Source: Candidatus Latescibacterota bacterium
Lineage (GTDB): Bacteria > Latescibacterota > UBA2968 > GCA-2709665
Reading direction: 5' to 3'
DNA length: 64,000 nt
Assembly (NCBI GenBank): GCA_965226795.1
Contig: CBDDDZ010000002.1
Span: 224,001-288,000, forward strand
Both the position numbers and the translations under genes were made by a program. This document shows positions 51,044-59,463 of the stretch, piece after piece. The notes under the pieces were generated by a model. That model worked only from the letters and a program-made list of their open reading frames with translations. It was not told the origin of the DNA and ran no database searches. How positions within the stretch are numbered: the stretch's first letter is position 1; each line of letters opens with the position of its first letter.

Positions 51044-51508
51044 TCATCTCTTGATCACGTCCTCGTACTCCTGGAACATTTCGATACTGATCCCGTCAGG
51101 GTCCAGCGCGTACATGGCGCGGGCAACGACCACCCCGTCGCGGTCCACGTCCGCGGGCGGATTGATGGATCCGAGCCCCGCGTCCTTCAGCCGCGCGTGC
51201 ATCGCATCCACGTTGTCCACCTCGAACGCCACGTGCGACGCGCCCAGAAACCGGTTCTCCTGGGGCCGCGCTTCGACCTTCGGATGAACGTACTGCACGA
51301 GTTCCAGGATAAACTCGTTCACCGGATGCCGCAGGATCGCAATCATCAGATGCACGTTATCGTAACCCAGAATCGTATCGTACGACGGCAGATTCTTACG
51401 CTCCGATATCCGGACCAGTTCCATCCCCAGCTGGTCCCGGTAGAACGAAACCGAACGCTCCAGATCCGATACCGTAAATCCGTGGTGATGCCCCATCACA
51501 ATGCCCAT
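51044..51508 (-). CDS. VOC/glyoxalase family protein
   Basis: HHGFTVSDLERSVSFY, LEL, HVAFEVDN, DPDG..IE. Confidence 0.9.
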   Translation of the reverse strand: MGIVMGHHHGFTVSDLERSVSFYRDQLGMELVRISERKNLPSYDTILGYDNVHLMIAILRHPVNEFILELVQYVHPKVEARPQENRFLGASHVAFEVDNVDAMHARLKDAGLGSINPPADVDRDGVVVARAMYALDPDGISIEMFQEYEDVIKR

Positions 51509-51711
51509 GTCTCTTCGCTCCCTGAAAATCGACGACCGTTCCGGCGGATGGATACGGACTGCCGCAGCGACGGCACAATCGGCAATCGTAATGATTCCTA
51601 TTATGTCAAGCGCTGCGACGTCCCAAAACCCATTTTTGTTAATATATAACCTGGAGCGGTAAAAAGCTGACGTTTTTTCCGCCTGGTACAGAAGAGTTCT
51701 TCGAAGCGCGT

Positions 51712-51815
51712 TCATTGAGCTTGTCGAAATGCCCGCGCTTCGCTTCCCCGACGGGTTACCTGCGCCGACCCTTCGACCCTTCGACAGGCTCAGGGACCAC
51801 AAGCTCAGGGAGCGG
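51712..51815. repeat. TTGAGCTTGTCGAA / CTTCGACAGGCTCAG doublet
   Basis: Shared with 34417-34565. Confidence 0.75.
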
Positions 51816-51915
51816 CGCTGCGAGGGATTCCGTTCACGCCTGACCTACGCTCTTTGCATGCGTTGCTTCCCGCCAAGCGCCCGTTGGACTCGAAGTGTTG
51901 TTCGTTTCGATTCAG

Positions 51916-51943
51916 GGAACTCTCGGACCACGACAGTCGTCTA
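51916..51943 (+). promoter_or_regulatory. ECF sigma-type promoter
   Basis: GGAACT-N17-GTCTA upstream of the exported thioredoxin. Confidence 0.55.
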
Positions 51944-52176
51944 TACTGAGCCAGTCACGGTGATCCGTCGACTGTTCGGAATCCAACCGGCCCGGCCTGG
52001 CAGACGTCAGGCCGTCCGGCGCAGATAGATGTTGACCATTCCGGCGGGTAATACCCACTAAGGCCGGAGGGGCGGCAATGCGTCGGTTCCGAAATCCGTC
52101 AGGGTCAGGCGTGCGCCCAATCGTTGCGCTACCGCCGGCCCGGTCCGTTCTCACACCGTTTCAAAGGAGTTGATCC

Positions 52177-52617
52177 ATGCGCATTCGACGCACGCTCGCC
52201 CTCGCAACCGTTTCCCTTGTTCTGATCGCCGGTCCCGCTCTCGCGGGTACCGTAGCGGTGGATGGCCAGGGCGACCCGGTCCTCTACGTCGTGAAAGTAC
52301 ATGCCGACTGGTGCGGCGCCTGTACGGACCTGGTACCCGTCCTCAATGAGGTTCGTACGGCTGTGGCCGATAAGCCCGTCCTCTTTGTCGAATTGGACGT
52401 GACCGACGCGGCCAGCACCGCCCAATCCCGCCTGCTGGCAGCTGCGCTCGGTATCGAGGAGCATCTCAAGGCCAACAACAGAACGGGCCTGGTTCTGCTC
52501 ATCGATCCCGCCAAGAAGGCCGTCGTGGAGACCCTGACCCTCAAGAGTCCCGCGGACGAGATGACCGGCAAAATCAAGGCGCACATCGCCGCAAGCGGAA
52601 AGACGTGCTGCGAGTGA
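52177..52617 (+). CDS. Exported thioredoxin-like protein
   Basis: Signal peptide (PALA), HADWCGAC, AAGGAG RBS. Confidence 0.85.
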   Translation: MRIRRTLALATVSLVLIAGPALAGTVAVDGQGDPVLYVVKVHADWCGACTDLVPVLNEVRTAVADKPVLFVELDVTDAASTAQSRLLAAALGIEEHLKANNRTGLVLLIDPAKKAVVETLTLKSPADEMTGKIKAHIAASGKTCCE

Positions 52618-52786
52618 GGACCGGAAGTATGGCGCGGCAATGCGTTCGGCCGCCCGAGGATTGAGATCCGGGGTCAGCCAAACCCACGGATGCGGCCCTC
52701 CAGGTCACTTTGGATGTCCGTTCTCAACGCCAACTGGTTGCCGCGCATCCGTGGAAACAGCGTCTCCTTCGAAGAGGAATTCCGGA

Positions 52787-53854
52787 ATGATCATAAAAAA
52801 AATCACGGCGACCACGGTCAGCATCCCCTATGCCGCCCCCGTCGGCCCGTACGTGGGTCGAGGCGCCGGCGGCGGCACGCTGGGTGGGACCGGACTTATT
52901 GTCAGAATCGAAGCCGACACGGGTCTCGTCGGATGGGGCGAGGGAACCGGCGGTTTCGAATTGGACCCCAACACGATCCTTGCGGGCAACCATGTCTCGG
53001 ATATCGAAAAGGCGATCGGCCTGATGGAAAACGCGGGCATCACCAGGGGTCCGATGTCGGGCATTGAAATGGCGCTCTGGGACCTCCTGGGCAAGCACGC
53101 CGGCCTGCCGCTGTGCCGCCTGATGGGCGGCGTTGTCCGCACCGAGGTCGACTTCACCGCCTGCATGGGCCTGAAGGAACCCGAACAGTCGGCCGCTACC
53201 GCCCGTGAATACATCGACCGGTGGGGGTTCCGATTCATCAAAACAAAGGCGGGAAACGACCCCGCGCAGGACCTGGCCATTGCCGAAGCGGCGCAGAAGG
53301 AGATTGGGGACGAAGCCGTATTCCGTCCGGATGCGAACGGTGGATATCCCCCGGAAGAGACGCTGGACATTATGAAAAAAATGGCGGACCTGGGCGTCCG
53401 CCACTTTGAAGACCCGTGCCATACCGAGCACGTGGAAACGCTGGCGCGGGTGCGGTCCGACGTCGGCACCCATGTCCTCGTGAACGGCGGCGTGGCCCTG
53501 CCCGACAGCATCCGGCCTTTTCTGGAAGCCGGCTGCGCCGACTCCCTCATGCCGGACACCCCGGCCGCCGGTGCGCTGCTTCGCGTGAGAAAAATCGCGG
53601 ATGCGGCGGAGCCATGGGAGGTCCCGTGCCTGATGCACTGTTCGCACGACCTGGGCCTCAAAACCGCCGCGATTACCCATATAGCCGCCGCCACGCCCAA
53701 CTTCTCGGGGCCCAACGACACCTGCTACCACGGGCTGGTCGACGACGTTCTCGCCGAACCCTTTACATTTGAAAACGGCCAGCTGGAAGTCCCCCTCGGC
53801 CCCGGCCTCGGCGTGGAAGTCGACGAATCCAAAGTCGAGAAATATCGCGTCTGA
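52787..53854 (+). CDS. Mandelate racemase/MLE family protein
   Basis: GWGE, EMALWDLLGK, KTK, DAN, EDP, GPGLG. Confidence 0.9.
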   Translation: MIIKKITATTVSIPYAAPVGPYVGRGAGGGTLGGTGLIVRIEADTGLVGWGEGTGGFELDPNTILAGNHVSDIEKAIGLMENAGITRGPMSGIEMALWDLLGKHAGLPLCRLMGGVVRTEVDFTACMGLKEPEQSAATAREYIDRWGFRFIKTKAGNDPAQDLAIAEAAQKEIGDEAVFRPDANGGYPPEETLDIMKKMADLGVRHFEDPCHTEHVETLARVRSDVGTHVLVNGGVALPDSIRPFLEAGCADSLMPDTPAAGALLRVRKIADAAEPWEVPCLMHCSHDLGLKTAAITHIAAATPNFSGPNDTCYHGLVDDVLAEPFTFENGQLEVPLGPGLGVEVDESKVEKYRV

Positions 53855-53945
53855 TCCGTTTCCGGCATTAGGGCCGAATCGTTTCCCGGCGCGGCGGGAC
53901 GGCATCGGCCCCGTTGTCCTTTCATAACATGAAGGAAGGCCTGGC

Positions 53946-54785
53946 ATGGACTCCGTCCACGTCGACGACCGCGACTGGTCCGCGCTGACCCTGGGCGAAC
54001 GCATCCGCCAGATCGAACTCGACGGATACGTCGTCCTGCCCGGTCTACTCACTCCCGGGCACGTCGCGGCGCTCAAGGCCGAGACCGCCAGGTTGGAGAC
54101 CCGGCCGGTGGACTACAGCGTCCACCAGCAGGTCTGCCCGAATCTGCAGTTCACCGGCGGCCACATCACCGAACTCATCGCCCATCCGCCCACCCTCGCC
54201 TTCCTGAACGAACTCTTCGGCGGCGAGACCATCTTCATGTCCTACACGTACGCCCGCTCCGAACCCGGCCACCCCGGTATCAGTCTCCATACCGACGGCC
54301 AGCCCTACGGCTCTCGGATCTTCGGCTACGGCGGCAGCGTTCCGTTCATGGTCAGAGTGCTGTATTACCTGGACGACCTCACGCGGGATGTCTCGCCCTT
54401 CCGGGTCATACCCCGCTCCCATCTATCCATGCATGCCGACGCCAACCCGTACAAACGCTACGGGGACCATCCCGAACAGGTGATGGTCCCCGTCAAGACA
54501 GGCGGCGCCGTTCTGATCAACCACAAAGTCTTCCACGGGAACTTCCCGAACACCGGCGCCCATGCCCGTGAAATGCTCGCTATTGCCTACCGCCCCGCGT
54601 GGGCCGGCCCCATTGCCGACGTGCCCGCGTGGAACGACGCCGACCTCGCCGCCCTGCCCGAAACCGTGTGCCCCCTGTTTGCCGATCCCAACACCCGCCA
54701 CTGGGACTTCCAGGGCGGCAATAAACCTGCCAACATGGCCCGAGAGGCGCCCGGTATCAACCCCAGCCGCTGGGATCGTCGGTAG
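53946..54785 (+). CDS. PhyH-family dioxygenase
   Basis: DGYVVL.GLL, LHTD, YYLDD, VIP.SH, VFHG. Confidence 0.88.
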   Translation: MDSVHVDDRDWSALTLGERIRQIELDGYVVLPGLLTPGHVAALKAETARLETRPVDYSVHQQVCPNLQFTGGHITELIAHPPTLAFLNELFGGETIFMSYTYARSEPGHPGISLHTDGQPYGSRIFGYGGSVPFMVRVLYYLDDLTRDVSPFRVIPRSHLSMHADANPYKRYGDHPEQVMVPVKTGGAVLINHKVFHGNFPNTGAHAREMLAIAYRPAWAGPIADVPAWNDADLAALPETVCPLFADPNTRHWDFQGGNKPANMAREAPGINPSRWDRR

Positions 54786-54943
54786 GGGAATCCGTAGTCG
54801 AAAATCGACGACCCGTCAACCGATTTCGCATCCCCGCGTCGAACGGGAATCCGCGCGGGTCTCCGATCGGACTCACCTTCCAATTACGAGACGTTTGTCG
54901 CGGCTCCATGCATCTCAAGTGAGCGAACTCGTGTTTCCCGCAT

Positions 54944-55831
54944 TCATGTCTGCGGGTTCCACTCCGCCCCCAGGGCATCGAACTGGCTGTAAAAAGCCTC
55001 CAGCACGGCGTCGGCGAGAGGTCCCCTTGTCGTCAGTTCCAGGTTATTCCGTGCGTGGTCCGGATTCGTCGTTCCCACAATGGCCGTATCGATGGCGTCC
55101 TGTGAAAGCGTGAAACGCAGCGAAAGTTCGATGGGATCCTCGGGGGCACCGTCCGGAATCTCAAGCTGCTGCGCCCGCTCAAAGTAGGCGTCGGCGTAAC
55201 CGTACGGCGACGCTGACTGCCCGATCGCCCCGTTCGCAATCGGCCTTTTGGCGATCACGCCCATCTCCGCCGCCTTCGCCTCCGGAAGCACGTCGGCGCG
55301 CCCTTTCTGATCCACCAGGTTGAACGACGTCTGCAGCGTGCTGAATACTCCCATCCGGATCGCCTCCAGCGCGTCATCGCCGTCGCCGCTGTAACCCACG
55401 TACCGTGTCTTTCCCGCTTCCTTCGCCCGCATCACAGCGTCGACGGCCTCTCCCTCCCGGAGCACTTCTGCCGAACAGGTGTGGAGTTGAACCAGGTCGA
55501 CGTGGTCCGTCCTGAGCCGCTTTAAAGACCGGTCGATGCTCTCCTCGATCACGGCCCGTGTCCAGGGCTCGCCAGTTGCGTCTCCGGTCACGTGGCCGCA
55601 CTTCGTGGCCAGCACGTATTCGTTCCGCCTCCCACCGATGTACCGGCCGATCAGTTCCTCGCTGTCGTGGTAGCATGCGGCGGTGTCGATCAACGTGATC
55701 CCGTCGTCCAGCAGCCGGTTCAGCACCCTTCCCACCCGATCGGGGTTTACGTCTTCGAGCCCGATCCTGGCGCCGCCAAACCCCAGGCGGGTGACTACCA
55801 GATCAGTCCTTCCCAGCGTGCGTGTTTCCAT
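54944..55831 (-). CDS. Aldo/keto reductase
   Basis: LGRT...LGFG, IDTA..Y, SE..IG, ATKCG, SLKRLRTDHVDLVQLH. Confidence 0.92.
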   Translation of the reverse strand: METRTLGRTDLVVTRLGFGGARIGLEDVNPDRVGRVLNRLLDDGITLIDTAACYHDSEELIGRYIGGRRNEYVLATKCGHVTGDATGEPWTRAVIEESIDRSLKRLRTDHVDLVQLHTCSAEVLREGEAVDAVMRAKEAGKTRYVGYSGDGDDALEAIRMGVFSTLQTSFNLVDQKGRADVLPEAKAAEMGVIAKRPIANGAIGQSASPYGYADAYFERAQQLEIPDGAPEDPIELSLRFTLSQDAIDTAIVGTTNPDHARNNLELTTRGPLADAVLEAFYSQFDALGAEWNPQT

Positions 55832-55879
55832 CGCGAACCCTCCATTAAGAGCGTGAGACGTAACAGGTCCACCCTGCGC

Positions 55880-56630
55880 CCAGCCATTAGCTGTCAGCTA
55901 TCAGCTGTCAGCTAGAGGCAAAAACCCGATTCAAATTCCACATCACCCCAGATTCCCTGCCTTCGGCGAGTTCCTTTTGAAGCGACCAAAAGGAACCAAA
56001 AGTCGCCGCTGGGCGCGGGGCCGTACATATGCATTGCGCGAATCACCTCACCGGACCCACCGGATCCGCTGCCCTACCGATCGCCGAGGATACCGTAATT
56101 CGGATTGGGACGGAACAACGCGCCCTGCTTTGGTAGTGCTCTGGAAACGTATCGCGTTAGATACCGGGATGGTTTCATCAGAGCGAGCCACCAGGCGGGC
56201 GACCCATGGGTCGCCCCTACGAATACAACAACGGCGTGACCGGTGGTGTGGGGGGTTTTTCCGCGTTTTTCCGTCCAGCACAGCAGTACTGTTACATCTG
56301 ACGGGCTCGTAGGGCACCCAATTGCATTTTTTCCCCTTAGGCGATTCGCGGAAAAACCGGCTCCGCGCCGAGCGGCCTGCCTGCGCCGAGCCGTGCTCGG
56401 CAGGCAGGCGCGTTTCTTTTTGGTCCTTTTTCTTACGCGAATAAGAAAAAGGACGAAGAGAAAAACAAAGTTGAAGTGGAAGGTAAAGCCTGTGTCCGCC
56501 GGGCCGTAGTTCCAAAGGGTGCTTGTCCGCAAATGGTCGACCCAGTAAGACCCTGTGGATAATCCACAAGTGGACAACCTCACGGTAGAATTCCCAATTG
56601 TCTTTAGCTGTACGCTAACAGCTTATTGCT
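55880..56630. repeat. Composite element E (inverted relative to B)
   Basis: Heptamer arms at 55880-55914 and 56605-56630; module (+) at 55945-56128; GTAG REP at 56197-56220; module (-) at 56240-56455. Confidence 0.85.
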
Positions 56631-56729
56631 ACTTTTCCCACCCGAAAACCTTCCGGTCGCCGTGCGGTTCGGGAAGATAAGGTCAAGGTCATGGAAATGC
56701 AAGAGGTTACCCGTTGATCCGGTTTTGGG

Positions 56730-56758
56730 TTGACAGAAAAGCCCGCTTGCGTTAGGTT
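56730..56758 (+). promoter_or_regulatory. Sigma70 promoter
   Basis: TTGACA-N17-TAGGTT upstream of the PhyH gene. Confidence 0.55.
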
Positions 56759-56874
56759 TGGATATCGCGATATACGCAGTCTGAAACCCGAGGGAACGAG
56801 GGGCTTGTCCCCCTTTCGGCCCGCCCCCGACGCGCGCGGGTCCGAAAACCCGTTCCTGCCCGGAGGAGACACCG

Positions 56875-57741
56875 ATGGAACAGACCCTTGAACGGGCCGT
56901 CTTTGACAATTACGTCGACGACGGCGGCTACACAGCAGATCTCTACGAATTTCACGAAATCGACGAGGGTATCGAAAGCTTCGACGCCGCGACCGATGCC
57001 GACGTGGATTATTTTCATCGGAACGGCTATCTGGCCATCAGGAAAGCGTTCACGAGCGCCGAGGTCGACGATATGCATAACGGCCTCATGGATCTTATCA
57101 AGGGAAAAAATCCGGACTTCAAAGGCGTACAGTTCGAAGCCAGCTACAAGGGCACGCTGCACGCCCTATCGGACGACGAACGGTGGGACGCCGTGCGCAA
57201 GCTCCAGTACTTCATGGGCTACGACCACCGCCTGACCGCTCTGGCCGAACACCCGAAAATCCTGGACATCATGGCGCGGATCATCGGCGAAAAACCAGCG
57301 CTCTATTCGCACCAGGCCATTCTCAAACCACCCAGGGTGGGGCGCGAAAAACCCTGGCACCAGGACCACGCCTATTTCAATCTGCCGATGGGCACCCCCA
57401 TCGTGAGCACGTGGATTTCCCTGGACCGGGCCACGCCCGAAAATGGCTGCATGCGGGTGATCCCCGGCACGCACTTACAGGGTCCCAGGGTTCATTTCAA
57501 GCGCCGCGACTGGCAGATCTGCGATACGCACCTGGTCAGAGACCGCGTCGTTGCGATCCCGCTCGAACCGGGCGGCTGCCTTCTCTGGTCCGGCATGATT
57601 CATCACGGCACCCCGGCCAACACCACGTCCTACAGGCGCCGGGCCGTTCAACTCCACTATTGTCCCGCGCGCGTGAAAGCAACCACGTCACAGGAACGCC
57701 TGGCCGTATTCGGCAGCGAGGGAAAAGACGTCTCCTGCTGA
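56875..57741 (+). CDS. PhyH-family dioxygenase
   Basis: NGYL, KPP, WHQD, W.SLD.AT.ENGCM.VIPGTH, HGT. Confidence 0.92.
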   Translation: MEQTLERAVFDNYVDDGGYTADLYEFHEIDEGIESFDAATDADVDYFHRNGYLAIRKAFTSAEVDDMHNGLMDLIKGKNPDFKGVQFEASYKGTLHALSDDERWDAVRKLQYFMGYDHRLTALAEHPKILDIMARIIGEKPALYSHQAILKPPRVGREKPWHQDHAYFNLPMGTPIVSTWISLDRATPENGCMRVIPGTHLQGPRVHFKRRDWQICDTHLVRDRVVAIPLEPGGCLLWSGMIHHGTPANTTSYRRRAVQLHYCPARVKATTSQERLAVFGSEGKDVSC

Positions 57742-57768
57742 AGCTGGATCAGACCTGCATTTCCCATT

Positions 57769-57808
57769 GAAAAAAGCCCCGGTGAAGATGTCTCCCGGGG
57801 CCTTTTTC
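57769..57808 (+). terminator. Intrinsic terminator
   Basis: AAAAAGCCCCGG...CCGGGGCCTTTTT. Confidence 0.7.
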
Positions 57809-58046
57809 GCCTTTATAACCAAAACATGAAGGAGTGCCCTTTCAAGATACTGGATCGGCTAAATGAAACTCCACATTCTGCTCCGGATCCCTACAGGAAT
57901 TGGGGCGGTTATTGAGCAGGCTACAAGAGACCTATCGGCGGTCTGGCGATGAGGATGGCCTCCTCAATGGATGGGGCCTATAATGATCAATCCAACGCCG
58001 AGTACGCAAAAGAACAGGACAAGCAATTCTATTACAGTGGCCTACC

Positions 58047-59033
58047 TTGCTTGCCCAAGAATACAAACCGGGAAAATACAAAATCATCATCGATGGCAAA
58101 CCACTACTGCGCAACAATGTCGAGGCCAGCATCTTCCAGTTGACCTCGCTATTACACCCAAAATGGACCTATCGCGGACATCCTCTTCTGGTTCATGCAG
58201 CGATCCCCGTATCGTCTTTGCCCGCCAACGTTGAAATCCGGGCACCACGATACATCCCTATACGCATCCCAACACGAATCCCCGACCTGTCATGGATACG
58301 AAACTCCACGTCCGGAAATGGAACGCATCTGTCTACGGCGCCATCCTCTTCTTGCAGATACGCGCCAGCTGAACGGGCCGTCCCAGCCCGACCTGAGTGC
58401 GTGGCTGATCGGCCGACGGGTGCGGAAGCGCGGCCCGGGCCCGCGGTCATCTTCGCCCACGGCAACGCGGAACTCATCGACCACTGGGCCGGCGAAATGA
58501 CGGCCTTCACCCGTCTCGGATTCGCCGTCCTGCTCGTCGAATATCCCGGTTACGGACGCTCCGGAGGATCGCCCACCGAGGCCAGCGTCACGGAAACCTT
58601 TGTCGCCGCCTACGACATGCTGGCCGCCCGGGAGGATGTGGACACAAACCGCATCGTTTTCATGGGCCGCTCGCTTGGAGGGGGCGCGGTGTGCGCGCTT
58701 GCGGCCGAACGCCGTCCGGCGGCGCTCATCCTGCTATCCACGTTCAAGAGCATCAACGCCCTGGCTGTGGAGAAATACTACGTGCCCGGATTCTTCGCTC
58801 GCGATACGTTCGACAATCTGACAACGCTTGGTGCCTATTCGGGTCCCGTTCTCATCGCGCACGGCACGCGGGACAATGTAATTCCGTACAGCCACGGCGT
58901 CGCCCTGCGAAAGGCATCCAGACGCGGCCGCCTCATCACCTACGAAGCCGGGCACAGCAACTGCCCGCCCGATTGGCCGGCCTTCTGGCGCGAGGTCGAA
59001 GGATTTCTGCGGGAAGGCGGAATTCTCCGGTAG
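58047..59033 (+). CDS. Alpha/beta hydrolase (Bem46/ABHD17-like) with dubious N-terminus
   Basis: FAHGNAE, EYPGYGRS, GRSLGG, HG..D, AGH; the first ~130 aa look unrelated. Confidence 0.7.
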   Translation: MLAQEYKPGKYKIIIDGKPLLRNNVEASIFQLTSLLHPKWTYRGHPLLVHAAIPVSSLPANVEIRAPRYIPIRIPTRIPDLSWIRNSTSGNGTHLSTAPSSSCRYAPAERAVPARPECVADRPTGAEARPGPAVIFAHGNAELIDHWAGEMTAFTRLGFAVLLVEYPGYGRSGGSPTEASVTETFVAAYDMLAAREDVDTNRIVFMGRSLGGGAVCALAAERRPAALILLSTFKSINALAVEKYYVPGFFARDTFDNLTTLGAYSGPVLIAHGTRDNVIPYSHGVALRKASRRGRLITYEAGHSNCPPDWPAFWREVEGFLREGGILR

Positions 59034-59102
59034 GCCTGGCTTCGGCCGTGCATGGACGATTCGGGTTCCTATGGCAGACTTCGCCTGACTAATTCACGAA
59101 AA

Positions 59103-59362
59103 GGGACCTCTCCCCCCGGCCCCCTCTCCTGCGAGGAGAGGGGGAGTCGAACGAAGTGTTGAGTAAACAATTGTTTATACAGGCTCCGATTGATTGGAGA
59201 ACGCCATCTCGTCACTTTCCCAAGCGCAACTCGCCGACCAATCACGATATTTCGAACCGATTTTTTCGTCAATCGAAACGTCTTCATCCAATCCAACCGT
59301 TCATCAACCAGTAACAGTTCCCCCTTCCTCTCATGAAGGGGGATAGGGGGTAGGTCTCGTCC
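59103..59362. repeat. CCCCT/AGGGG-rich doublet repeat
   Basis: Inverted homologue of 45149-45312. Confidence 0.75.
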
Positions 59363-59463
59363 GTCCAAATCCAGAATGTATCACACATTGGGATTCGCTT
59401 TCTCTATTCACTTGGAAGCTGTTTCTGCTTCGTGAAACTGCACTCCGTGACAATTCAGGTTAG

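Noticed and set aside
51945..52170. Riboswitch in the long leader of the thioredoxin gene
   Set aside because: GC-rich hairpins are possible, but I recognised no aptamer consensus or terminator
52603..52617. C-terminal CCE-TGA of the thioredoxin as a Sec site
   Set aside because: The domain is complete with its own CxxC, and no convincing SECIS or coding continuation follows
21598..56455. Repeated modules as a CRISPR array
   Set aside because: They are dispersed rather than tandem, the variable cores are homologous to each other, and no cas genes are present
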